From: Octopus sinensis
Lineage: Eukaryota
Reading direction: 5' to 3'
Length of the DNA: 64,000 nt
Assembly: GCF_006345805.1 (NCBI RefSeq)
Contig: NC_043003.1
Location: forward strand, 47,554,001-47,618,000
The notes beneath the pieces were generated by a model. It saw only the letters and a list, made by a program, of their open reading frames with translations. It searched no databases and was not told where the DNA came from. The translations under genes and the position numbers were made by a program. Of this stretch, positions 12,286-26,274 are shown one piece after another (position 1 is the first letter of the stretch; every line of letters begins with the position of its first letter).

Positions 12286-15200
12286 ATAAGAATCAACATT
12301 TTCAGAGATCAGCTTGAAGATTTTTCATTTTAGTCCTAAAAAATGGCAATTTAAAATAAGCACAGGTTTCATTAGTTTTTGTTCTTTTGGGAATTGCTGG
12401 TAAAGTCCAACAGAAGATATCTGACAATACTATTTGCTACTCTCCATATATGAAATCTATTTTCACACAAATCCTGCAATGTCCTGCCCAGAACCTCTTG
12501 AGCTCTCTTGTGAGCCATCATCCATTCATCCCAGATCTTTATTTGTCATTCTTTATTTGTGTCCAAATTCAAGAGGAATTTGAAAGCAGAATGTGCTGTT
12601 TGACCCCCATCCTCCCTAGAAAAGAGTATGGTTGCAATACTTGATGAAACAACTGCAAAAGTTAGGCTTTTATGTTGATAGATTTTGTCTGATCAAGAAT
12701 GTCTTTCTAATTTCACCATAGACATCAAAGAAGAAAATTCTATAGATTCCAGTTTCTTCTAATGAACTTGTAAAAAAAAAAAAGAACAGACTACTCTCTA
12801 ATATGCTCTGAGTTTGAGTTCTTTATCAGTGATCTATGCTATAAATGTGTCAACATGAGATGATTGTAAGATTATTGACTATAGATAAAAAGTAGATTAA
12901 ATGAGCAACTATTTTTGAACTTCTTGATCACTCATGCATGAATACCGATTTGTCTGTCTGGTAAATGAGCTTCTTGATTTTTAATCGAAGTCGGTTCACC
13001 AGTTGTCTTGAGAAAGGCATGACTGTCACGAAATCTAATGTGCATCTCACTTTCTTGCATTTACGTTGGAAATTGTTGCTGCTGCTAGCACCATCATCAC
13101 TATTTCTATTATCACTAACCTGCCATAAAAGCTATAGCCTTTTTTTTTTTTATTTGCTGCATCAAGAGAGAGAAAGAGAATGTGTATAAGAAAGACCAAC
13201 AGACAGAATTTGTTTGCGGGTCTTACATGTAAAACACCTTGCTTGCAAGTATTGAAAATTAACTTTCCAATGCCATCACTGTTTATAATGGTTTACTTAC
13301 CATTAAAAATAAGCTTTGGCTCACCTTTTTTTTCATTTCCTTTTTTTAGAATGTAAGCATCTGATTAAAAAAAAATATCTATTAACTTTATAACCCGGCT
13401 TGATCGTTTGGCTTAGTTTTATCTATTAGTTGGTTGGCTGTTTGATTAGGTAATTGATTGAAATTTCACCATCAGGCTGTAACCTTCAATTTTCAGAGAG
13501 TTATTCTTAAATGCTATCTTTCTGTCAGTGAGAAATGTTCTTTCTATGAGTTTTTAATGAGCAGATGACATGTGGCAGTGGATTTCTGGTGGAAATATGA
13601 TAGAAGAGGGCTGTTGATATCAGCTGTTGCTACAATAAAGAAGATATCCTTCACTATATAGTAGACATCTCATATTGTATGGCATCTATAATTTACTATA
13701 TGATAGATAAAATATATATGCTTGCCAAATCACTTTTATCACTCATTTGTTCATTTAACAACCACATTGTTTCTTGTTTACTCCTACTGCATGGCACCTT
13801 GGCACTTGGGCAAGTGTTTTCTACTATAGCCCCAGGATGACCAAAGCCTTGTTAGTGGATTTGGCAGGTGGGAACTGAAAGAACTCTCTATATATATATA
13901 AAACAAGAGGTAAAAGGGATTAATAAATCCAGGCAGATATCTAGAAAACAGTCAGTGTTAAGTGAACTTAGTTAACTTTAACACACTATCAGATACGATA
14001 CCATTAAATGGTATTAACATATGGTTGGGTGTCTCCTTGCCCAGACTTTGCATGGTTGTGTTGTAAACAAGAATCACCATCATACAAATAGTGTCCTTCC
14101 ATTTCCAATCTTGCATCTCAGTGAATTCCATCTGACCTATGCAAATATGGAATAGTGGATGTTATAAGAGTATGTTGGTCATGACATTGGTGACAACAAC
14201 ACGATAATGATAGTAATGTCAATGTAAATGGTATTGATGGTAGTGAAGCCAACAGTGAAGTGGAATAGGTCTGGTTATGCAGAACAGATCTACACTGACT
14301 GAGCAAACTTATAGAACTTAGGTGTGATCTACATGTTTATTGTGTCAGGTAATAATTTGATGTGATGTTGATGATAGTGGTAGAAATGGTGGTGATGATG
14401 ATGATGATGATGTTGCAGCTAATTATATTATCAATAATGGTGCTTTCTTAATCCACTTAAGACTAATTATCTTGATCATCATGCCGCTTAATTTTGGATT
14501 AGTTTAGTTTATCGACCTCAAATTGTATTGAATTCAAACAAGATAATTGCTATGCTATGAGATTGGTGATCACGCCAGTAGTGGAGTGTGATAAAGCTGG
14601 CAGAAATGATGGTGGTAGTAGAGGTAATGAAGATGGCGGTGTGTTGGTATAAAGAGATGGTTGTGGTAGTGATGCTACAGTGTTGGTGGTGGTTTTAATG
14701 ATGATTATGATGATGATCATGTGAGTACCACAATTGGTGATGAAGATTATGATGATTAGAACAATGGTGGTGATGATAATTATTCAAACTGGGCAAAGTA
14801 TAAGACTGTGATATAACAGGAGAGACCCACAAGTGATCATCATCATCATCATCATAACGTCCACTTTTCCATGCTTGCATAGGTTACAGTTTACTAAGGC
14901 AGATTTTCTAAGGACAGGTGCCCTTCCTGTTGCTAACTCTCACCTGTTTCCAAAGGAGACAGCATTTCCACATGGCTAGAAATTAATGACACTGTTCGTT
15001 TGACAGTGACATGCATTGCAACTATCACTATATAATAGGTTTTTAATGTCTGTCTACCATGCTTGGAGTCATCACATATTTTGAAGTACTTCTCATACTT
15101 GTATATTTCACTTTTGGCTTCATGACAGTATATGTGTGTGTATTACGTACATTGAATATATAAGCATTATAAAATTAAAATGTGTGAGTATTTATAAAAA

Positions 15201-16238
15201 CTTATTAAGCTATCATGTTACTCAGTTTTATAATAGCAAGCTTTGAATGACACCAACTAACTGATGTATCATAAAACACAGAGAGGAATTTCTATTCATT
15301 TCTGTTTGAAGCATTCAATATATTTTGAGAAAAATCTTCCCTTAGTGCATCTAGTGTATACTCGTATGTTTAATGCCAGCTAGTCCATGTCATCTGTAAA
15401 GTCTATAAAGCTATATAGGTGTGTGCATGTGTATCTAGCTACACACACTAATATATACCAATACACTCTGTAAAGTGGCTGCTATTAGAAAGGGCATCCC
15501 TAGAAATCATGCCAAAATGAAATGCATGAGTGAGATGTGGTCCCTGACCTGGTAGGAAGATAGTGACTCTGAATAAAACTGACTTGGACCCATCCAACAC
15601 ATGCCAGCATGGATGAAAACAGAATAAGGATGATGGATATGTGTGTATGGGTGTGTATTACTTGGAAATATGACTGTGCCCTATTTTTTCTTTACAAAGT
15701 TTTTTTCTTTTCTTTTTTACCATATTCTCTTATGACTCCTTTTATAGTTTCCTTGTAATACTGCAGTTCCTAGGGCCATCTTCATTTTTAGATCTTCACT
15801 TATCCATGAATGAAATAATGTGAGTTACAGCCATTTCATAGTTGACAGTGGCAGTAAAGTTTGATGCTTTGTTAATGGTGAGAGTGTCACCAGGCTTGAA
15901 TTCTTATTCAAATATGATATGTTTCAGACCACATTAATGAATATGTTGATGTGTTCTCCTTTTCAGACAGTAGGGAAATTTGTGGTGGGGAAGGTTTACT
16001 GTTCTTAATGTTAGTTTGGTGTATGGTGATGAGTTGTTGGTGAGGATTATGTTGATGTTATTTAGCAGGTTAAACTGCAATGTACAGACCCCACGTGGGC
16101 TCATAATAGTAAGGATTTTATTTTTATTTAACTCATGATCCTGTCACCATTTCTGGGAGAGTGTGTTGAGGTGGCTCATAGTTGTAACTAGGACTACATT
16201 CAATGTCTCTCTTTTTTTTTTAAGACAGAGTAGTTTAA

Positions 16239-16430
16239 CCCTTTCTGTTGAAATACACCACTTTTGTTTCAAATAATTTTAGAAATAAAAATTTAATGAA
16301 AATAATTGTCAGGTAAGTAACATAAATTAAAATGAAATTTTGATAGAGGACATTAATTTAAATCACTTTAAAATTGGGAACTTGTATTGAAGTACCAGGG
16401 TCAGTTTCAGTTGGGTTAGTATCAAAAGGG
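16239..16430. mobile_element. piggyBac-like MITE (related partial copy about 28951-29160)
   Basis: TTAA|cccttt ... aaaggg|TTAA ends. Confidence 0.7.
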
Positions 16431-16859
16431 TTAAGGGAGATCCACCTACTTTTAGCAGGTCAACTGGTCACATATCACTCCTTTATTTTGCTGTCACTAA
16501 CTGTGATGTTTCAGTGAATCTTGTTTTTTGTTACTTTGTTTCAATAAAATGTTTCCATTTCATTTACTGTATTGTAAGGGGAATTAAAAAAAATATTGCC
16601 TTATTTAGGTTATTTCTGCTCATATATAATGTTGTTTTTCCCTAAGTTCACTCTGATTGAGTAGATATATGATCAAAGGTCTTCCAGCCTTGACCATCCT
16701 ATCTTTTTCAGTCATAGTGTGCTCTAGACTACAGTATCCAGTGTATCTTCCTTCTTTTTAAAATGATAGGATGTTTGAGAGTAATTTAGCTGCTATTTGT
16801 AACATGTTAAGTATATATGTATCTATATCTGTTTATGTATCTATCTTTCTATCCCTCCA

Positions 16860-18150
16860 TTAACTATTCCTGGAAAACCAGATAGTCTATACAGAGTTGA
16901 CATTCTTTTTACTTTCTATAACTGTAGCAACATAGAACTTGAGAGGAACCAAAAAACAAAAAAGCTTAGAAATGTCTCCAAAAGTAGAGGACTGTCTATA
17001 ACATTTGGAAATAATTGTGAGGTAGCTAATTTTCTGAATGTAACATTTGAACTTAATATAGACCTATATTGTCTGTATCATCAACCCAGCAAAAATCTGC
17101 AATATGTTAACAAACATTCAGACCATCCTAGAGCAATAATTAAATCAACTATTAAAACAACTTCACCTAGAATATCCAAACTTTCTGCTGAGGAGATTTT
17201 CTCTCAAAACTCAGACTACTACATTCTAGCTTTAGCAAGCATCATATATACTAAAAAGACTTTTATATCCAAGACAACAGCAATACAAAAATGTGTAAGG
17301 ACTACACTCAATAGTAATAAAACATGTCAAAATAGGTTATGTCAGGGAAATGTTGTGGTTCAACTTGCCCTTTCAGAATTCATGTAACCTTGGATATACT
17401 TGGAATTTTCTTTGGAGCATTAGAGAATCTTTCTTCCCACCCTAATACATATAGTAAAATCTTTGATATACAGTGAAATTTGTGTACTCATAATCTAGCT
17501 GATAATATAGCAGCAATTAACAGTATATAATTAAATACAATCTAGCTGATAATATAGCAGCAATTAACAGTATATAATTAAATGATATTAGTAATAGGCA
17601 ATGTGCCTTTACTTGTGTAGTAATAATTACAATCCTATATCCTCTGTTAATATTATATCTCAATCTAGTATAGATAACACTATGACAGTTATGCTTAGTA
17701 ATAGTAGTAATAATGCTGATATAATAAATAATGATTCTTTTGATAATATCCCAAACAGCATGTGTAACTCTAGTGATCCTACCAAGTGTCCTTTAAATAA
17801 CCAATGTCTTAAAATTTGGTATATAAATGTTTAGTTATAATGCCAGATAAAATACATTACTGTATAGGTGTATTGCATCCAAATTTAAATTTAGAATACC
17901 TTATCATGAACATTCCTTTAATATTAAAAGAAAAGTATTTAGCATCTCACTAGCTAAATATATCTGGGGCTTCAAAGTAGGGAATATTAGTTGATATCAT
18001 GATCAGTAATGTGTACTGCACTTCTGCACAAAGGGAGCAAGAGTAGTTGCAACCTGTGTTCTAGAAATCTTTAAATGGAGGCACTAGAAATCCTTAAATG
18101 TAAATTCAATCTAATTCATAAATGTAAGAAACTATTTATTTGGTATTCCT
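16860..18150 (+). mobile_element. Penelope-like retroelement remnant (RT C-half + GIY-YIG endonuclease)
   Basis: Frame from about 16860 reads LYRVD (decayed YRDD)..GLSIT..NFLNVT..YVNKHSDHP..RISKLS. Then come decayed WFN-PF, CNSSDPTKCPLNNQCL, VYKC..CIG, LAKYIW and CNLC motifs typical of Penelope RT/EN. Confidence 0.8.
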
Positions 18151-18199
18151 ACCAATTCAATAAAGCATTCTTAAAAATTCCAATTAACTAACTTAATTG

Positions 18200-18560
18200 A
18201 ATTAGATAATGTTAAGGTTAGCATCCTTGTTCTTTTTGTTAACTTTCATGTTATCACTGGTGAATCTATAAATATACTCCTTATTTCAAAATGTTTTGTT
18301 TCAATAATTTCTAACATAGCTAATCAACTTAGTGAGTTCAACCTTAAATGATCTAAGTCTGTCTGACCATACACATATTGATCACATAATCTATAATCTG
18401 TACCTTTATTTTAGCTTCTTGCTCTTTGTTTACAATAGATTTAACGTTCGGGAACTAATACAACAATTTGTCTCTATAGTCTCCCTACTTGAGTGACTTT
18501 CTGGTAGCATATCAACCTGCTGGTTATAATTTATGACATCGTCTTCTGCACCCTTCTCTT
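18200..18560 (-). mobile_element. Decayed LINE endonuclease N-terminus
   Basis: NVKSIVNK..IIDYVINMCMVRQT resembles the NVRSL.NK..IDI..I.ETW start of an APE domain. Confidence 0.35.
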
Positions 18561-18955
18561 TTTACTTGACTAAATTTCAGTAACGAAACCAACCGGTATT
18601 TATTTTCTATGTTACTGTTGTAAGTAGACTCAAGGGATGAACTTTCTTTTAATATCTAATGGTTTTATATAATTATTATATGTATAACCCATCATGTTGA
18701 TTAATAAAAAAAAATCCTACTAATTAAAAATGTATTACCATCATCTTCATTCCTTTGTTTACTTTTATACTTTGTGGTGAATGTACCAACCTCATAACTG
18801 GTACATTTCCCCATATTTTCAGTTTATATGGAATGTTATCCAAATTAAGTGAATGAATGCTTGCTACTGATTTTCTTCCCTTACATTCTATTAGCCAAGA
18901 TTTCACATGGTGTGCTAACTGTGGTACTCAGCTGGATTTCCTACCTACCTATCTA

Positions 18956-19385
<430 letters not shown>

Positions 19386-19395
19386 CATAAATTAA

Positions 19396-20606
19396 CAGGG
19401 GTTGGACAAAATAATTGGAATACGTAGAGTCGATGCATATTTATTTAATATAGAGTTAGTCCTCCTTTAGCTTTCTAAACAGCTTCAATGCATCTAGCTT
19501 CCTGACTTCATTGAGAGGAATCTTGAGCCATTCTTCCTGCAAAATCTGCTCCAGCTGTTGCAGACATGACAGTGGAGAGTAACAACTTCTAACTTATTGC
19601 TCCAAAATATACCACAGATGCTCAATATTAAGATCTGGAGATTAAGGGGGCCACTCCATGTGTTGTAGCTCATTACTATTCTCTTCATACCAATTCTTAA
19701 CCACATGAGAGGTGTGTTTGGAGTATTGTCATCTTGGAATGATGTCTGGATCATGGGAAGGACTTGATTTCCCAAAATATTCAGATAATCATTGTTGTTG
19801 ATCCTACTAGACAAGGCAACTATTGGACCAAGAGAATTCCAAGAAACAGCTGCCCAAACCATCACAAACCCTCCTCTGTGCTTCACTGTAGGAAGTAGGC
19901 AGTCAGAATTAAAAGCTTCTCCAGGATGCTTCCACACATAAACTTGCCCTGTAGTGGGGAAAAAAGAAAAACTGGACTTGTCAGAGAATATTACTCTCTT
20001 CCATTGGACTGTCAACCAGCCCTTGTGATCTCTGCACCAGTTTAGCCTTTTCTGAATGTTTTGATGAGAAGCAGAGGTTTCCTGATGGCAGCTCTTCCAT
20101 GATATTTGGCTTTATTGAATTCACGGTGAACAGTTTTGGTTGAGACTGGGCCAGTCAGATGTTGATTCAACTCTGTAGTCACTTTAGAGGCAGTTGTCTG
20201 GTGATTTTTCATCACAATGCAATTCAACACTCATCGGTCTCTTTCAGTGAGCTTCAAGGTTCTGCCAGACTTACTCCTCCTGCTGGAGGTTTTGCCCTGC
20301 TTCCCAGTTTCACACATGGTCCTTGATATAGTAACTCTAGAAAAACCAAGGAGTTCAGCTGTTCTGGTGATGGAAGCTCTTTTTTTGCTCTTTTTTTTTT
20401 TAACTCAGTGAGGTCATGCATCTTTGCTTAATTTATACCATGATCTGAAAAAGAGATAGAAATAATCATTAAATTAGATAAATAGAAACATCTGCAATAA
20501 AAAAAAAACACTCACAATGAAATTTGGATGGATATTCGTAGTATAATGGCTCACTGAAATATTGGAGTTAAATTTCTACTGTTCCAATTATTTTGTCCAA
20601 CCCCTG
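19396..20606 (-). mobile_element. Tc1-family DNA transposon, near full length, inactive
   Basis: TIRs caggggttggacaaaataattggaa at 19396 and ending at 20606, TA on the right. Transposase pieces ASITRTAELLGFSR, TTASKVTTELNQHL, WKRVIFSD, VMVWAAVS, FQDDN, SPDLNIEHLW; stops and frameshifts. Confidence 0.93.
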
Positions 20607-20624
20607 TATGCATGTGTATGTATA

Positions 20625-20657
<33 letters not shown>

Positions 20658-21958
20658 GGTGTTAGGAAGGGCATCCAGCTGTAGAAACACTGCCAGATCA
20701 GACTGGAGCCTGGTGCAGCCCCTGGCTTCCCAGACCCCGGTCGAACCATCCAACCCATGCTAGCGCGGAAAACGGACATTAAACGATGATGATGATGATG
20801 ATATATGTACATATATATATATATACTTTTTATTTGTGGGCTAACCAACACTTCCATGTTGCATGCACAAACAAGTGAGAAGCTCCCCTCTCATGAAACC
20901 ATTGATAGTTTTATTAACCCAGAAATAAAGAATATTTACCCACCAATATGGTGCTGAACAGTCAGTCTCACTGCCCAATATTAGCGTGCACGTGTGTGTG
21001 TGAGTTTGCTCATGCATGCATGTGTATGCACATGCAGTTATATTTCTATTTAGAAAAGAATATGGTATTTGCAAAACACATTTCAATGGAAACTTGGAGT
21101 GTGTATTGTTTAAAATATTTAAATCTGTGATTTCGAAGTATGAAAATCTAATGAAGTTCTCTATATAATTAGGGCTCTCATAAAGCTGCAGGGGTTCTGG
21201 AGTTTCCACCTGTCATCAACTACACTACATTCTCACTTGTTACTTTGAAGGCATCTTTTATTCTATAAACTTAACAGTCTTAATAGTGTGGAGGTGGACA
21301 ATCTTCTTTTTCAGTTTTGATTGTCATTTTCTTTTATTGTCATCAATTTCTTCTCTTGTCATTTCCTTTTGTTGCATTTAGTTGTCATCATCTTTTTTTT
21401 ACTGTTATTTTCTCCTTTTGTCATCTTCCTCTTTTTATTTTTTTATGTAATTTTCTTTTGCCATTTTTTTTTTTTTTTGGTCATTGTCTTCTGTCATTGC
21501 CATCTTCTGTTATCATCTTCTGCTGTCATTGTCTTCTGTTATCATCATCTTCTGTCATCATTCACCATCTTCTGCTTTCATTGTCTTCTGTTGTTATCTA
21601 TTGACTTTGTTTTCTAGTCATCTTCATATTCTTAATAATATCTCAACTATTATAATCTTCACGTGTCTTCTGTCACTGACTCCTTTTTCTCTTCTCCATA
21701 TTTTTATCTCTGTAAAGGGATCATATTTTATATAATTAGAGAATGGTGCATAAGTTAGACTGAGTACCACAGATTAATAGAACAAACATTTTAAACTTCT
21801 GTTCATGATTGGAAAATATTTTGATGTTAATTTTGATGTATTTTTCTTTCCATCACTCATTAAAAAATTTCAAACACCATTCTAGTTCTTTAGAGTTAAA
21901 AATAAATAAATATATAAAGCCTTACTAAAAAAAAGAAAAATTTATTTAAAATATATAT

Positions 21959-21991
<33 letters not shown>

Positions 21992-22149
21992 TTTGTCTAA
22001 CTTGTTGTAGAATAGAGGAGAATCAAATCTGATAAAGCATATCTAAGGTACAGGAATGGCTGACAGAAAGCTTAAGAAGGACCCAGTTTCTTGGATATAT
22101 CACGTTTGAATTTATAGCTGAGGTTCACAGTACGTAATTTGCCATGTTG

Positions 22150-22350
22150 TTGTCGTTTAGTTACCAGGTCAGCCTTGATTCAACAGACCCATGATCAGCT
22201 GTGTCCCATCCATGACCATTCTGTCATTTTGTATATCCAGGATTACAGTATCCAATGTGTACTTTGTTAAAATGGTAAGGTGTGGCTTGAGGGAGATTTG
22301 GTTGTTATTTCTATCAAGTTGAACAAGTACATAGAGGCTCCCTTGTTGGT
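22150..22350 (+). repeat. Interspersed repeat family D (also about 16680-16810, 27000-27200, 27570-27760, 36225-36420, 37240-37420, 47400-47570)
   Basis: ggtcagccttgat..agacc.atgatca..ccatgaccat..tacatt..aatgtgt..aagatggt.agg..tgatttgagggagatttgg.tgctatttctag recurs. Confidence 0.75.
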
Positions 22351-25300
22351 TATCACATTTTTATGTATGTTAGAAATTCATTAGAATGTGATGTTTGGGG
22401 TTGATGGCATGGATGCAGCAATACAAAGTTTGCAAAATGGAATAAGTTTGTATGCTGTGAGAACTGGTAATTCTACCATTTCAAGCAGAACCTTTCGTCA
22501 TAGAAGAAATGAGAATTATGTTGTTGGTAGGTTGAGATGCAAATAAGATGTTATTTGCAGCATTATTGAACTGATTTCTAGCAAAGCTGGCAACAACTAG
22601 TTGTTGCTATGTAATCTCAAGTAAGCTCCAATTGTATAGATCTATGACCAAAGGTGTTCTAGTCATTATTATCCCATATTTCTTTCAGGCATTGTGCATA
22701 TAGGACCTTATTATTTTGCATGTTCTTCTTTTAAGACATTAGAGTGATTTGCAAGAGGTTTAATTTGATAGTTCTTTTAAGTTAGATTTTCGTTGGCTCA
22801 TTTTCTTGGTTTTGTTAGACTGGTATGTTGCTTTGTTGTGTTTCAAGATATTGCTTATTTTGTGTATGTAAATATATTTCTGCTGCCAATATTGTTTTGG
22901 ATTAAAGTCCAAAAGATTGAGAGCTGATAACGTTGTGTATTGTCAGTGGATGGTCATATAACAGGGGTAAAAAAATAATGTAAACCTGGAAAGAAGTGGT
23001 GAGATCAGAACTTAAGGTGCGGACAGGATGATAAATGATAAATGCATATAACAATATGATATGCAACAGGTCTGTTTGATCCTCCCAGCATAGAAAAATG
23101 CATGTTATGAATATGATAATAATTAGCTATTGAAACATTCATAATTTTAGGTGTTCTTAGAATCTCCTGTGATCCAATATAATAGTTCCATCACATACTC
23201 TTTCATTCAGTCACGTACACCTTATAAAAATACTATTAAAGGCTACTATGACGTGAATCTGCTGTTGGTTTCACCCAACCTCACATATGCAGCTTTTATG
23301 CTCACTGTAGCATCCTTCTTTACCAGACATTGATTTGTCTACAACTTGAATTATCTCATTGGTGCTGTCTTGCATGATTGATCTAGTATCAATTGCTCTC
23401 TCCAGTGCCATCTATTTTTGGTGTTGCTTAATTCAGCAGGTAAGTTGTTACACACTTCTGAGCTGATTCCAACTTTTGTAGCCATTGTCCTTCTCTATAT
23501 ATTGACTGACATCTTTTTGAAGAGCTAATGGACAAAGTATGACACCATAACTGTCTGTTTGGTTCTGCTTACCAAAAATGTCCTGGGCACCATACAGTCA
23601 TCACTACTTTAAGACAGTTGCCTCCAGTTGAAGGGAAGTGGCTCATTCCACCTTAATTTAAGAGTAAATCATGGCCATCCGTTTTCTGAGGGTATCAACA
23701 GCAGACTGAATCTCCAAGAGATCTTCAATGTTGTCATTCAATAACATACTAGAAATAGCAGCCAGATCATGCTCAAATCATACCTCACCATCTTAGAAAA
23801 GTACACATTGGGCAATGTAGTCCTGGAATTTTCACAGATGGAATACCTTTGATCACAGCTCTGTTCAGTGAGGGTTAACTTTAACCTAGACGACTGCAAC
23901 AACAAAATTTTGTTATGTAGAGAAAGTGACCAGTATTAGTTATAGATTACACAGCATATTACAGAACCAGTTATGTGTAGGTAAGCATACTCAATCTTGC
24001 TGTGAAGATTGTTAATGAGAGAATGTGATCTGCAGCAAGAAAGGCCTCTTCAGGTACAGATCAGATGCATGTGATTTGGATATGCTACCAGATCTAATAT
24101 GAGTCATGTTGTCTTTCTTCCTGCTATGTATGTCTTATAAACATTCTGTCTGCTTCAGAATGTATACAATGCCTTGCAATAAGTAACTTTATGATACAAA
24201 TGTAATGTAATTGGTGAATACCTGTGTTACCAGGAAAGATCATTTCACCCCTCCTTCGTCTGAGAGTGAGGGAAAGACAAAACTAGGGTTTTCATGTAGG
24301 CTAGTGCCATGTTAAAAAAGAAAAAAAATTACTTCCCAAGTGTCACCTCCATATTTTTTTCCCTCACTCTTAGATCTATGTAAATCAATATCTGAAATAC
24401 TCTTTATGGTAAATGTACTTTTCTATTGCAACTAAGTGGGTTTAGGTATGACAGTTGTAGAGAGTTTATTTGCTAAGAAGTAAATTTCAAAACTCCATAA
24501 AAGAGCCATAAGTTTGTTTGTTTGGTTTTTTTTTCATTTCATTTATTGGCTCATTCATTTGAATACATCTTATCTTTGCACTACAATTTGCCAGCTTACA
24601 CATTAATTTTCAGTTGGTTTCATATGTATTACTTGAGCCTCTCCATGTTATTTGTATATAGATTTAACAATTTGTATGTGTATTGTACATATGTGCATGT
24701 GAGTATCAAACAAATTATGTAAGTTAACTATTCATTACTGAACAGCTGTAGCCATAGGATTTTTTGATGTGGTACGCTAAAAAAATCCTAATGGTGAAAC
24801 TGTCTTTTAATGGATGATTAGTTAACCCAATCACACTAGCCAGTACACATATTCACTCTAGTATTTTTTCTATATTGTGTGTGTGTGTGTATGTACAAAC
24901 ACACACACACACATACAGAGTGTAAAGAACTTATATGTTTGGGTACAGATTTTTTTCCCCATGTGCTGAATACTCATCTATGGAATGTCTCATAGAGCAT
25001 CATTACATTTATTGGACTGTTTTTAATTGGCATATAAATACTCACTTGACTTTTGTCGCTTGCTTCCTCAACTATTGTGAAAGTTCGCTAAAGATTGCTG
25101 AGTTTATAGATTGCTGTTATTTTAGAAGTATTGGTTTCTGTACTAAATAACTATAGGATATTATTATAATATAACTATCAATTGTAATATTTTATAGATT
25201 GTTGCTGCTTAGAATAATAGGTTCGTTTTGCAATAATTTCAGACTACAATTTTATTATTATGATTATTTCCATTTTTTGATATATAATTTTTGTTAACAT

Positions 25301-25423
25301 GACAAAAAAATATTATTTTGCTATGAAATTTTTCAATTCACCCTCTTATCAGAATCATTTTATTCATTGCCAGTTATATCTTCCATCCTCTCTCAGCTCA
25401 CTATCTCCTTGCTATTGCCACAG

Positions 25424-25441
25424 AAATGGCAAATGCCCAAG
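25424..25441 (+). CDS. Candidate 18-nt RUFY microexon (phase 2-2, adds NGKCPR)
   Basis: ctccttgctattgccacAG|aaatggcaaatgcccaag|GTAAGG: strong acceptor and donor, length divisible by 3, phase matches exon 26188. Confidence 0.5.
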
Positions 25442-26187
25442 GTAAGGTAAAAAGAAAAAAAAAACATTTAGCTGTAGATGAAATACATATTGTTCTTTAC
25501 GTGACAGGTATTCTGGTGAACTCATTTGTTGCAACTACCAAGACATAGATACCAGATAATTTCCCCTGACCTCATTATAGCATAAGCTTTCATTAGTGAT
25601 TTAGAATCGTCTTTTTGGGGGTTGATGGCTTCAACTTCTATTTTACAATTTAAATAGTGCCACAACCTCAGGCTTGATTGAAAATATAGTTCATGATTTT
25701 AAACACACACACACACATGTTGAAAGTTCCAAGCTGGTGAATAAAGAGAAGGAAATTTATTGGCTAATTCAGATTTAGAAAGTTGTCTTTTAATCCCCAC
25801 CACACTACCATTATTGCTATAACCAAACCATCACCCCCAACTCTTCTCCCTGTCCGACTTCTATATCAGAATGCATATGGTAAATTTTTTTTTAATTTCA
25901 TTGAAAATAACTTTTTTTTTTTTTTGCCTCTTAAATTTTGAAACAGCTGACCCACCCTTTTCACAGCCATCTTGGTCTCCCCTCAAAGCCCAATTCCCAC
26001 CCTACCACAGCAGTGGAAGCAGCAGCAGCAACAGCACGTTATCATGTTGTGTCATGCCAAAAATGACTTCTACCAACGAGTGTGCTCTTTTTTTTTCTTT
26101 TGCATGCTGCATCCTGCTGGCTCCTCCTCTTCCTTCTCATCTTCGTCTGCTGTCATTGTGTGCGCCACCCTGCCTTGTCACCCCTAG

Positions 26188-26274
26188 GCTAAAGCCATTG
26201 GAAGCCGAGAAATTGGCTGCTGAAGAGACTGCTCGAAAACTAGGCCAGATAATTGCAGAAAAAGAAACCAAGCG
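26188..26274 (+). CDS. RUFY2: RUFY coiled-coil exon (87 nt, phase 2-2): [28 protein letters not shown](R)
   Basis: Pyrimidine tract + cctAG acceptor, cg|GTAAGA donor; cg+g gives Arg and continues in frame into 42423. Confidence 0.85.

Noticed and set aside
23240-23720. Possible minus-strand non-LTR RT relic (similar hint at about 28000-28560)
   Set aside because: Only scattered motif-like residues; I could not reconstruct a convincing domain by eye.
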